Below are positions 25,931 to 36,493 of a stretch of DNA of 38,718 nt, one piece after another; position 1 is the stretch's first letter, and each line of letters opens with the position of its first letter. A model generated the notes under the pieces. It had not been told where the DNA came from. It did no database searches and saw only the letters and a program-made list of their open reading frames with translations. Origin of the DNA: Candidatus Cybelea sp. (lineage in GTDB: Bacteria > Vulcanimicrobiota > Vulcanimicrobiia > Vulcanimicrobiales > Vulcanimicrobiaceae); the NCBI GenBank assembly GCA_049517595.1, contig JBEKRW010000003.1, positions 1 to 38,718 on the forward strand. Reading direction: 5' to 3'. A program made the translations under genes and the position numbers.

Positions 25931-28900
25931 AGTGCCTCCACTTCCTTGGCCGGCGAGAGCGGTTTCATGCCGGCTTGCTTCAACGCATCGTTTACGCCCG
26001 GCAGCACGCCGGTCGCAAAAGCGTTGTAGCGCGCAATGCCCTGGCGATACGCGACGTCGACACGCGCTATGAGGTTCAGCGCCGACGGCGTCAGGAGGCC
26101 CTGCGCTGTCTGGAACGCGCCGAGAACGTCCTCGTGCAATGCCGTCTCGTCCTCCGTTCCTTCACCTCGAACGTTCACTGCCAGCGAATCAAAGAGCGTC
26201 TGCCGCGCCTTGGATGCGTCCTCAAGCTTGCCCGTCAACGCAGCGTTATTTGCCTTCTTTGCGGCGGCGAGCGCGGTGTCGATCGACTTCTTGAGGTCGT
26301 CGAGCGTATTGAGCACGGTGTCGACCTGCGATAAGTGGGACATCTGGCGCATCGCCTCGCCGAAGGTGCGCAGGTACTCGGCCTGCGTAAACATCGAGCG
26401 CGGATCGGGTTCGACTTTGACACGCTGCACGTATGTCCGGCCCGAAAGCGTCATGCGCACGGAATAGAGCCCCGGCGCGACACCCGGCCCGGTCTGGGGG
26501 TTGGCAAAATCGAAGGTCGAGCCGTTCCACTTCACCGGACCGTCGACGTTGAAATCCCACGTGTAGCGATTCAAGCCGGTCTTGTTCGGAACGTAGGGGC
26601 GGTCCTTACCGCCGACCTTGTGAGTTCCCGAGACCGTGCGGATCACGCGGCCGAGGCTATCGAGAATTTCGATTTTCGGAGCGTCTTTCTGAGGCTGCGC
26701 CTGATAGAACGTGATCGTCACGCCATACGGCGGGTTGTCCGCCGCGTAGTTCGTGTAGACGCCGTCATCGTTGGGATGCAGCGACCACTCGTAGGCGACC
26801 TGCGGCGCGAACAGCCGGCTCTTTTGCGCGACGGCATCCATCAGCTGCTGCACGGGGGTCATGTCGTCCATGATGTAGACGTCGCGCCCGTGCGTTGCGA
26901 TCACGAGGTCGTCGTACTGCGGCTGCAACCGAATGTCGTGCACGGAGACGGGCGGCAGGCCGTTCTTAAAGGACTGCCAGTTCGCTCCGCCGTCGAAGGA
27001 AATCCAGATCCCCTCTTCCGTGCCGAGATACACGATGTTGCGATTGCGGATGTCGGGCCGGATCGCGCGTGCCCACTGATCGGCGGGCAGGCCGGCGACG
27101 ATCTTCGTCCAGTGACTGCCGTAGTCGTGAGTGACGTAGGCGTATGGCGCGTTGTCGCCAGTATAATGCCCGTCTGCGATCGCATAGGCAGTGCCCGCAA
27201 CGAGCGTCGAGGGTGCGACCGTCGCGAAGCGCGCGAACTCTGGGGCGCCCGGCGGCGTCACGTTCGCCCAATGCTTACCCCCGTCGCGCGTGACCTGAAC
27301 GAGCCCGTCGTCGGTGCCGGCCCAAATCTCGCCGCGGGTCTGCGTCGAGCCTTCGATGTCGAGAATCGTGTCGCTGTACTCCGCGCCGGAAACATCGTTG
27401 GTGATCGGACCGCCTGCCGGCTGCTGGTGCGCTTTTAGATTCCGCGTGAGGTCGGGGCTAATCGCGCGCCAGGATCTTCCGCGATCCGTCGTTTGAAAGA
27501 TGACATCGCCGCCGTACCAGCCGACGTTCTTGCGCCACGGATCGAACGCGATCGGCGACTCCCAGTTGAACCGATACTTGCTCGTCGCGAGTTCCCACGA
27601 CTCCTTGCCCGTCTGAAGGTACGGCTGCGCAGACCACTGGTCTTGCGTCACGCGATTGTAGACGGTCAGCGAGCCATTCTCGGAGTCCGACCACAGCCAG
27701 TTCGGATCGTCGGGTTCCGGAATGCTCCACTCGCCGTCGCCGCCTGCTGAAGCAATCCAGGCCTTATTTTGAATGCCGGAAGGATCGAGCGAGTTCGAGG
27801 GGCCGCACCACGCGCCGTTGTCTTGCAGACCGGCGCAGACCGTATACGGATTATCGTTGCCGAGTCCAACGCGGTAAACCTGACCGATCGGCACGTTGGC
27901 CGAGAAAAACCAGTTTGCGCCGCCGTCGAGGGTCAACGCGTAGCCGCCATCCTCGCCGGTCATGATGCGATCCGGGTCGTTGGGAGCGATCCAAATCGCG
28001 TGATAGTCCACGTGCACGGAGTCTGCGATCGGTTTGAAAGTCTTGCCCGCGTTCGTGCTCAGCATCAGCTGAAACGAGACCGCGTACACGCGGTCGGCAT
28101 TCTTTGGATCGACCGCGACGTGCGAGAAGTAGAACGGACGCGCGTCGACCGCCGAGCTGTCGCTGACCATCGTCCAGTTCGCGCCTCCGTCGTCGGACCG
28201 CCAAAGCACGCCCGCTTTTGACTCGATCACCGCGTAGATGCGGTTGCCGTCGCTTGGCGCGACCGCCACGCCGATGCGTCCCATCGGAGTGGGGGGCAGA
28301 CCGTGCCCCTCGAGCTGCGTCCAGCTGGCGCCGCCGTCGGTCGACTTATAAAGGCCGTCCTCTTCTCCGCCGCTGACGAACGTCCACGGCCGGCGCTGGA
28401 ACTTCCAGACGCCGGCATAAAGAACGCTGGGATTCTGCGGGTTCATCGCAAGATCGGATGCGCCGCTTTCGGGTCCGACGTACAGCGTTTGCTTCCAGGT
28501 TTTGCCGCCATCGTCGGTAACGTAGATGCCGCGGTGTGGGCTGTCGCTAAATGTGTCACCCAGCGCGGCAACGACGACGTGGTTGTGATTGCGCGGATCC
28601 ACGACGATCCGGGTGATATATCGCGTCTCCTTCAAACCCGAGTTCGTCCAGTGGTCGCCGCCGTCGGTCGTCTTGTAGACGCCGTCGCCGTAACTCACGT
28701 CGTTGCGCGGATTCCCTTCACCGGTTCCGGCCCAGACCGTTTGATTGTCGGTCGGATCGATCGCGACCGCTCCGATCGCTCCGACGTCTTGATCGTCGAA
28801 GACGGGATCCCACGTTTGACCGCTATTGACCGATTTCCAAACTCCGCCGCCCGCGGCGCCGATGTAGTAAAGTTTGGGATCGGTTGCCGAACCGGCAACC

Positions 28901-29112
28901 GCCGCCGTGCGTCCTCCGCCCCCCGCGGGACCGATTTCGCGCCAGGTCATGTTTGCAAACGGGGGCCCTGGCGACTCCGTGGGCGAGGGTGAGGGCGAAG
29001 GCGAAACCGATGCTGCCGGCCTCGGAGGCGGCGGCGACGCGGGTAAAGGCGATGCAACCGGATTTGCCGCGTAAAGCGACGCCGCAAGTAGCAGGGAAAC
29101 GATCAACTCCAA
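25927..29112 (-). CDS. Secreted BNR/Sortilin(VPS10)-type multi-propeller protein, paralog 2 (with Pro/Ser-rich N-terminal linker)
   Basis: The architecture and long conserved blocks match paralog 1, for example AIGAVAIDPT..VWAGTGE.NPRNDVSYGDG.YK and VHVDYHAIWIAPND. It carries an extra PASPPPPRPAASVSPSPSPSPTESPGPP linker after the signal. The track uses TTG 29112. TTG 29106 is better spaced from the AGAGGG Shine-Dalgarno. Confidence 0.85.
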   Translation of the reverse strand: MELIVSLLLAASLYAANPVASPLPASPPPPRPAASVSPSPSPSPTESPGPPFANMTWREIGPAGGGGRTAAVAGSATDPKLYYIGAAGGGVWKSVNSGQTWDPVFDDQDVGAIGAVAIDPTDNQTVWAGTGEGNPRNDVSYGDGVYKTTDGGDHWTNSGLKETRYITRIVVDPRNHNHVVVAALGDTFSDSPHRGIYVTDDGGKTWKQTLYVGPESGASDLAMNPQNPSVLYAGVWKFQRRPWTFVSGGEEDGLYKSTDGGASWTQLEGHGLPPTPMGRIGVAVAPSDGNRIYAVIESKAGVLWRSDDGGANWTMVSDSSAVDARPFYFSHVAVDPKNADRVYAVSFQLMLSTNAGKTFKPIADSVHVDYHAIWIAPNDPDRIMTGEDGGYALTLDGGANWFFSANVPIGQVYRVGLGNDNPYTVCAGLQDNGAWCGPSNSLDPSGIQNKAWIASAGGDGEWSIPEPDDPNWLWSDSENGSLTVYNRVTQDQWSAQPYLQTGKESWELATSKYRFNWESPIAFDPWRKNVGWYGGDVIFQTTDRGRSWRAISPDLTRNLKAHQQPAGGPITNDVSGAEYSDTILDIEGSTQTRGEIWAGTDDGLVQVTRDGGKHWANVTPPGAPEFARFATVAPSTLVAGTAYAIADGHYTGDNAPYAYVTHDYGSHWTKIVAGLPADQWARAIRPDIRNRNIVYLGTEEGIWISFDGGANWQSFKNGLPPVSVHDIRLQPQYDDLVIATHGRDVYIMDDMTPVQQLMDAVAQKSRLFAPQVAYEWSLHPNDDGVYTNYAADNPPYGVTITFYQAQPQKDAPKIEILDSLGRVIRTVSGTHKVGGKDRPYVPNKTGLNRYTWDFNVDGPVKWNGSTFDFANPQTGPGVAPGLYSVRMTLSGRTYVQRVKVEPDPRSMFTQAEYLRTFGEAMRQMSHLSQVDTVLNTLDDLKKSIDTALAAAKKANNAALTGKLEDASKARQTLFDSLAVNVRGEGTEDETALHEDVLGAFQTAQGLLTPSALNLIARVDVAYRQGIARYNAFATGVLPGVNDALKQAGMKPLSPAKEVEAL

Positions 29113-29139
29113 ACCCTCTTTCGTCTAGAAATACGCCAA

Positions 29140-29289
29140 TCAACGCGCGGGTGCGGCCCGGTGCTGCGCTTGATACCTCGGAACGTTCACGTGAATTGCG
29201 TACCACTGAGACCACGCGATCAGGCCACACATTACAATGAACAGGAACAGAAGGACGGCGAGAGCTCGGCGCGAACCCACCGGCCCCAT
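29140..29289 (-). CDS. Candidate small (49-aa) single-pass membrane protein upstream of the BNR/Sortilin pair
   Basis: Hand translation from ATG 29289..29287 gives MGPVGSRRALAVLLFLFIVMCGLIAWSQWYAIHVNVPRYQAQHRAAPAR*. It has a basic N-terminus, a ~22-residue hydrophobic helix and a polar tail. It occupies otherwise intergenic DNA on the same strand, 27 nt upstream of paralog 2. In the track it is only the tail of a longer, implausible ORF (29140..29559). Confidence 0.35.
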   Translation of the reverse strand: MGPVGSRRALAVLLFLFIVMCGLIAWSQWYAIHVNVPRYQAQHRAAPAR

Positions 29290-29931
29290 ATGCGCAGGAC
29301 TATCCTGAGCCTCCTTGCTGCGGTCGGCTTTTCTATTGGGCCGCTGCTGCTTCCGGCGGAGGCAGCCAATCGGGCGGTACCCGCCACTCCCGTCGCCGTC
29401 GCCGTTTATGCCAGAGTGCTGAGCCACATCAATCCGCAGCTGCCGCGCTGGCAGAGCCGCGATCTGGCGCGCCGGGTGCTCCTCAATGCAGTACGCTGGC
29501 GTCTCGATGCCAATATGCTCGTGGCCATCGTCACGGTCGAATCCCGCTGGCACACCCATGCCCTCTCGCGCGCCGGCGCAATCGGACTAGGACAGCTTAT
29601 GCCGGGGACCGCCGCGCTGCTCGGCGTCAACCCGCACGACCCCGCACAGAACATCTCGGGCGCTGCTCGCTATCTTCGCGGCTTAGTCGGGCGCTTTGGA
29701 ACCAAACACTATGACCTCGTCTTTGCCGCGTACAACGCCGGTCCAAGAGCGGTGAGTGAGTACGGCGGCATTCCGCCGTTCGACGAAACGCAGAACTATG
29801 TGGTGCGCGTGCTCGCGGCGTGGGAGCAGCTTTCGAAGACCGTTCGCCTGCCCGAGAACGCCTATGCCGTCATACCGCCGGGCGGCGGAGCCGACCTCGA
29901 CTATTGGGCCGAAGGCCCGCCAACCCAGTAA
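29290..29931 (+). CDS. Lytic transglycosylase (SLT domain), secreted
   Basis: The internal ATG at 29290 gives the signal peptide MRRTILSLLAAVGFSIGPLLLPAEAA. SLT motifs are present: VTVESRW, AIGLGQLMPGTA and AAYNAGPRAV. Confidence 0.85.
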   Translation: MRRTILSLLAAVGFSIGPLLLPAEAANRAVPATPVAVAVYARVLSHINPQLPRWQSRDLARRVLLNAVRWRLDANMLVAIVTVESRWHTHALSRAGAIGLGQLMPGTAALLGVNPHDPAQNISGAARYLRGLVGRFGTKHYDLVFAAYNAGPRAVSEYGGIPPFDETQNYVVRVLAAWEQLSKTVRLPENAYAVIPPGGGADLDYWAEGPPTQ

Positions 29932-30395
29932 AGAATAGTTTCGACCGCCTGGGCAAGGCCCGCGGGGCCCTCGACGCGCAACGGGATTGCCCCGGCATTG
30001 CGCGCCGCCTCGACGTCGCTCTCGCGATCGCCGACGACCACGCAGCAGGCCAGCTCCACGCCGAGCGCTCGCGCCGCATCGAGAATTAGCTTGGGCTTCG
30101 GCTTACGGCAGGCGCATTCGTCCTCGGGGGCATGCGGGCAAACGAAGAATCCTGCGAAGGGGCCGAGCAGCTCGTCCACGCGCCGGTTCACCGCATCGAC
30201 CGCTTCTCGCGTGATGAATCCTCGACCGATGCCGCTCTGATTGCTCACAACGGCCAGGGGCAGACCCGCCTCGCGCAGGCGATCGAGCAGTGCGCGCGCG
30301 TTGGGCGCCGGCTCGACGCGCTCCGGATCGCCGTTGAACGGCACGTCGACCACGATCGTCTCATCGCGATCGAACAACACCGCACACGGTTTCAC
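29901..30395 (-). CDS. HAD-IIIA phosphatase (GmhB / histidinol-phosphatase-like)
   Basis: GTG start. Motif I is FDRDETI and motif II is VVSNQSGIGRG. The Zn-finger-like insert is CPHAPEDECACRKPKP and motif IV is VVVGDRESDVEAA. It starts 3 nt after the thiC stop. Confidence 0.8.
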   Translation of the reverse strand: MKPCAVLFDRDETIVVDVPFNGDPERVEPAPNARALLDRLREAGLPLAVVSNQSGIGRGFITREAVDAVNRRVDELLGPFAGFFVCPHAPEDECACRKPKPKLILDAARALGVELACCVVVGDRESDVEAARNAGAIPLRVEGPAGLAQAVETILYWVGGPSAQ

Positions 30396-30398
30396 TGG

Positions 30399-32160
<1,762 letters not shown>

Positions 32161-32231
32161 CTATACGCCCGAAACGCGGTTCTTCCCAGGCAGGCGGGTG
32201 CTTTTGGAAGAGATGGGCGCGCCGGACGGAA

Positions 32232-34922
32232 ATGACGGCAGCGATGACCAGCTTCGCTCCGGACCCCGATCCCCAAGAGACTCGCGAGTGGCTCGAGGCC
32301 CTGCGAGCCGTGCTCGCCGTGGAGGGCCCGGGCCGCGCGCGCGAACTGATCGCAGCGCTCGTCGACGAAGCGCGGCGCGCCGGCACGCACGTATCGCTCG
32401 GATTGACGACACCGTACGTCAATACGATCCCCCTCGATAAACAGGCGCCGATGCCCGGCGATCGCGAGGTCGAAGCGCGTCTGCGCCACTTCGTCCGCTG
32501 GAACGCGCTGGCCACGGTCGTCCGGGCAAACAGGGTTAGCTCCGAACTCGGCGGCCACGTCGCGAGCTTTGCCTCGGCCGCGACCCTCTACGACGTCGGC
32601 TTCAACTACTTCTTTCGCGCGCCCAGCGAAACGTTCGGCGGCGATCTCGTCTTCTTCCAGGGGCATTCCTCGCCGGGCGTCTACGCGCGCGCCTTTCTCG
32701 AGGGGCGCATCACCGAAGAGCAGCTCGAGCATTTTCGGCAGGAGGTCGACGGACGTGGCCTCTCGTCGTACCCGCACCCCTGGCTGATGCCCGACTTTTG
32801 GCAGTTCCCCACCGTCTCGATGGGGTTGGGCCCGATCATGTCGATCTATCAGGCGCGATTCATGCGCTATTTGCACGACCGCGCGCTCTCTGATGCGTCC
32901 GATCGCAAGGTCTGGGCTTTCGTGGGCGACGGGGAGATGGACGAGCCCGAATCGCTTGGCGCGATTTCGTTGGCCGGACGAGAGAAGCTCGACAACTTGA
33001 TCTGGGTCGTCAATGCCAACTTGCAGCGCCTCGACGGTCCGGTGCGCGGCAACGGCAAAATCATTCAAGAGCTCGAGGGCATCTTCAAAGGCAACGGCTG
33101 GAACGTCATCAAGGTGATCTGGGGCCGCAGCTGGGACCCGCTGCTGGCCGCCGACTCCAGCGGACGGCTCGTGCAACTGATGAGCGAGTGCGTCGACGGC
33201 GACTATCAAACATTCAAGTCGCGCAACGGCAAGTACGTTCGCGAGGAGTTTTTCGGCCGCTATCCGGAGACGGCGGCCTTGGTCGGCGATTGGAGTGACG
33301 ACGAGATTTGGGCGCTGCAGCGCGGCGGCCACGATCCAACCAAGGTTTATGCAGCGTACGACGCGGCGTGCAAACATCGGGGAGAGCCGACCGTCATTTT
33401 GGCAAAGACGATCAAGGGCTACGGAATGGGCGAAGCCGGCGAGGCTCAGAACATCGCGCATCAAGCCAAGAAGATGGAACTGGAGGCGATGCGCACGTTT
33501 CGGGATCGTTTCGCGCTACCCATCAGCGACGAGCAGATGGCAGGCGACAAAATCCCGTTTTTCAAACCGGCGGAGAGTTCGCCGGAGATGCAATATCTGC
33601 GCGAGCGTACCGCGGCGTTGGGCAGCGTCCCGCAGCGGCGGCGCCGTTCCGCCTCGCTAACGGTACCCGAACTCTCGGCGTTCGACGCGCAGCTGCAAAG
33701 CACGGGCGACCGCGCTATATCGACGACGATGGCCTTCGTGCGCGTGCTCAACGCCGTGGCGCGCGATCCCGAGATCGGCGCACGCGTCGTGCCGATCGTC
33801 GCCGACGAATCGCGAACGTTCGGCATGGAGGGCATGTTCCGGCAGATGGGGATCTACTCGTCGGTCGGTCAGCTCTATCATCCGCAAGATGCCGAGCAGT
33901 TGATGTGGTATCGCGAGGACAAGCTCGGACAGATTTTGCAGGAAGGCATCAACGAGGCGGGGGCGATCTCGTCGTGGATCGCCGCGGGAACGTCGTATTC
34001 CAACCACGACCTGCCGATGATCCCGTTCTACATCTTCTACTCGATGTTCGGATTCCAACGGGTCGGCGATTTGGCATGGGCCGCCGGCGACAGCCGCACC
34101 CGCGGCTTTCTCTTGGGCGCAACGTCGGGTCGCACGACGCTCAACGGCGAAGGCCTGCAGCACGAAGACGGTAGCAGTCAAGTCGCGGCATCGTTCATTC
34201 CGAACTGCTGCAGTTACGATCCGACGTACGCGTACGAAGTCGCCGTAATCATTCAGGACGGGCTGCGCCGCATGCTCACCGATCAGGAAGACGTGTACTA
34301 CTACATCACGCTGCTTAACGAAAACTACAAGCACCCGGCGATGCCGGCCGGCGCGCGCGAAGGCATCTTGCGTGGGATGTATCTTCTCCATCCTTCGACG
34401 GGCTCAGGACAGGCTGACAAGAAAGCGCCGTGCGTGCAGCTCTTCGGTTCCGGCGCGATCCTGCGGGAGGTGGAGGCCGGCGCCGAGCTGCTCGCCAGCG
34501 ACTGGGACGTTCGAAGCGACGTCTGGAGCGTCCCCAGCTTCAACCAGCTGCAGCGCGACGGCGTCGCCGCGCGCCGCTGGAATATGCTCCACCCCGAGGA
34601 GGCGCCTCGCCTATCGTACGTCGAGCAGTGCTTGCGCGGACGGCTGGGCCCCGGTATCGCCGCGACCGACTACATCCGCACCTTCGCCGAGCAGATCCAT
34701 CCCTTCATGGACCGGCGTTACGTTGCGCTGGGCACCGACGGCTATGGGCGCAGTGATTTTCGCCGTAAGCTTCGCAGGTTTTTCGAAGTCGACCGGCACT
34801 TCGTCGCGGTGGCGGCGCTGCAAGCGCTCGCTGCGGACGGCGCCGTCGGCTCTTCGACGGTCAAGAAAGCGATCGAGAAGTACGGAATCGACCCCGACAA
34901 GCCCAATCCCATCACGGTGTAG
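32232..34922 (+). CDS. aceE: Pyruvate dehydrogenase E1 component, homodimeric type
   Basis: 896 aa. The N-terminal DPDPQETREWLEAL parallels the AceE N-terminus. ThDP-binding region: GDGEMDEPESLGA...NLIWVVNANLQRLDG. ATG 32244 is an alternative start. Confidence 0.95.
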   Translation: MTAAMTSFAPDPDPQETREWLEALRAVLAVEGPGRARELIAALVDEARRAGTHVSLGLTTPYVNTIPLDKQAPMPGDREVEARLRHFVRWNALATVVRANRVSSELGGHVASFASAATLYDVGFNYFFRAPSETFGGDLVFFQGHSSPGVYARAFLEGRITEEQLEHFRQEVDGRGLSSYPHPWLMPDFWQFPTVSMGLGPIMSIYQARFMRYLHDRALSDASDRKVWAFVGDGEMDEPESLGAISLAGREKLDNLIWVVNANLQRLDGPVRGNGKIIQELEGIFKGNGWNVIKVIWGRSWDPLLAADSSGRLVQLMSECVDGDYQTFKSRNGKYVREEFFGRYPETAALVGDWSDDEIWALQRGGHDPTKVYAAYDAACKHRGEPTVILAKTIKGYGMGEAGEAQNIAHQAKKMELEAMRTFRDRFALPISDEQMAGDKIPFFKPAESSPEMQYLRERTAALGSVPQRRRRSASLTVPELSAFDAQLQSTGDRAISTTMAFVRVLNAVARDPEIGARVVPIVADESRTFGMEGMFRQMGIYSSVGQLYHPQDAEQLMWYREDKLGQILQEGINEAGAISSWIAAGTSYSNHDLPMIPFYIFYSMFGFQRVGDLAWAAGDSRTRGFLLGATSGRTTLNGEGLQHEDGSSQVAASFIPNCCSYDPTYAYEVAVIIQDGLRRMLTDQEDVYYYITLLNENYKHPAMPAGAREGILRGMYLLHPSTGSGQADKKAPCVQLFGSGAILREVEAGAELLASDWDVRSDVWSVPSFNQLQRDGVAARRWNMLHPEEAPRLSYVEQCLRGRLGPGIAATDYIRTFAEQIHPFMDRRYVALGTDGYGRSDFRRKLRRFFEVDRHFVAVAALQALAADGAVGSSTVKKAIEKYGIDPDKPNPITV

Positions 34923-34933
34923 AAGAGCGGCGC

Positions 34934-36493
34934 ATGAGCAATACGATCGAGGTGCGCGTTCCCGATATCGGTGACTTCACAGAAGTGCCGGTCATCGAAG
35001 TCTTGGTCAAGCCCGGCGATCGCGTGAAGAAGAACGATTCGCTCATTACGCTGGAGAGCGAGAAAGCCTCGATGGAAGTGCCGGCCGAGGCCGATGGCGT
35101 CGTGCAAGAAGTGAAGGTGAAGGTCGGCGACAAGGTGTCGCAGGGCGCGACGATACTCGTCTTGAGTTCCGACGCCCCTGCAGCGGAACCGGCTGCGCCC
35201 GCCGCACCCGCCGCACCCACCGCGGCCGCACCCGCCGCTTCCTCGAAACCTGCGCAAACCATCGAAGTGCGCGTTCCCGATATCGGCGACTTCAAAGACG
35301 TGCCCGTCATCGAAGTCCTCGTTAAGCCAGGCGACCGCGTAAAGAAGAACGATTCGCTGCTTACGCTCGAGAGCGAGAAAGCGTCGATGGAAGTACCGTC
35401 CCCGGCCGAAGGAGTCGTACAAGACGTCAAGGTCAAGGTCGGCGACAAAGTCTCGGAAGGCATTCCGATCGTCGTGCTCGCCGCTTCGGAAAGCGCGGCT
35501 CCACCAAAGGCGGCTCCGCCTGCGCCGCAAGCCGTGGCTCCGCCTGCGCAACAAGCCGCGGCGCCGCAAGCGAAGTCCGGAAACGGCATCGTCCACGCTG
35601 GACCGTCGATTCGGCGCTTTGCGCGCGAACTCGGCGTGGATCTGCAAAAGCTGCGCGGCACGGGACCGAACGGCCGCATTACTCGCGAGGACGTGCAGGG
35701 CTTCGTTAAGAGCGCGCTGCAGAGCGGCGTCGCCGCCGGCGGCGGCGCAACGCCGTTCGCGGCTCTGCCGGCCTGGCCGAAGCTGGAGTTCTCGCAATAC
35801 GGCGAGACGGAACGTAAACCGCTTTCGCGCATCAAGAAGCTTTCCGGTCCGAACTTGCACCGTAACTGGGTGCTTATCCCGCACATCACCAACTACGACG
35901 AAGCCGACGTCACCTCAATCGAAGAACTTCGCGGCGAGGTCAACGCCGAGCAAGCAAAGTCCGGCGGCCCCAAGCTCACGATGCTCGCGTTTTTGATTCG
36001 GGCCAGCGTCGCGGCGCTGCAGCGTTTCCCGGAGTTCAACGCTTCGCTCGACGGCGACGAGCTGATCCTCAAGCGTTACTACAACATCGGCTTTGCGGCC
36101 GACACGCCCGGCGGGCTCGTCGTGCCCGTTATCAAGAACGCGGACAAGAAAGGCTTAATCGAGATCGCGCGCGAAGCCGTAGAACTTGCGGGGAAGGCGC
36201 GCGAGGGGAAACTGACGCTCGCGCAGATGCAGGGCGGCAGCTTCACGATCTCGTCGATCGGCGGTATCGGCGGCACGGCCTTCACCCAAATCGTCAACGC
36301 ACCGGAAGTTGCGATTCTCGGCGCGACGCGTACGGCGACCAAACCGGTGTGGGACGGTAAGCAGTTCGTTCCACGGCAGATGCTGCCTATCAGCGTGAGC
36401 TACGATCACCGAGTGATCGACGGCGCCGGCGCCGCGCGCTTCCTAGTCTACGTCGCCGAGCTGCTGGCCGACTTCCGCAGGGTGATGCTTTAG
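34934..36493 (+). CDS. aceF: Dihydrolipoamide acetyltransferase (E2) with two lipoyl domains
   Basis: Two lipoyl domains each carry LESEKASMEVP (the lipoyl-Lys context). Ala/Pro linkers, a peripheral subunit-binding domain (AGPSIRRFARELGVDL) and a catalytic domain with DHRVIDGA follow. Confidence 0.95.
   Translation: MSNTIEVRVPDIGDFTEVPVIEVLVKPGDRVKKNDSLITLESEKASMEVPAEADGVVQEVKVKVGDKVSQGATILVLSSDAPAAEPAAPAAPAAPTAAAPAASSKPAQTIEVRVPDIGDFKDVPVIEVLVKPGDRVKKNDSLLTLESEKASMEVPSPAEGVVQDVKVKVGDKVSEGIPIVVLAASESAAPPKAAPPAPQAVAPPAQQAAAPQAKSGNGIVHAGPSIRRFARELGVDLQKLRGTGPNGRITREDVQGFVKSALQSGVAAGGGATPFAALPAWPKLEFSQYGETERKPLSRIKKLSGPNLHRNWVLIPHITNYDEADVTSIEELRGEVNAEQAKSGGPKLTMLAFLIRASVAALQRFPEFNASLDGDELILKRYYNIGFAADTPGGLVVPVIKNADKKGLIEIAREAVELAGKAREGKLTLAQMQGGSFTISSIGGIGGTAFTQIVNAPEVAILGATRTATKPVWDGKQFVPRQMLPISVSYDHRVIDGAGAARFLVYVAELLADFRRVML
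34946..35479 (+). repeat. Intragenic direct repeat: two ~219-nt lipoyl-domain coding units 315 nt apart
   Basis: 34946..35164 and 35261..35479 both begin atcga(g/a)gtgcgcgttcccgatatcgg. They remain highly similar at DNA level by eye, with differences mostly at third codon positions. Confidence 0.85.

Noticed and set aside
29186-29195. 10-bp perfect palindrome ttcacgtgaa in the region upstream of the Sortilin-like genes.
   Set aside because: Dozens of 10-bp palindromes are expected by chance in 38.7 kb. It also falls inside the candidate small ORF. I have no supporting evidence for an operator.
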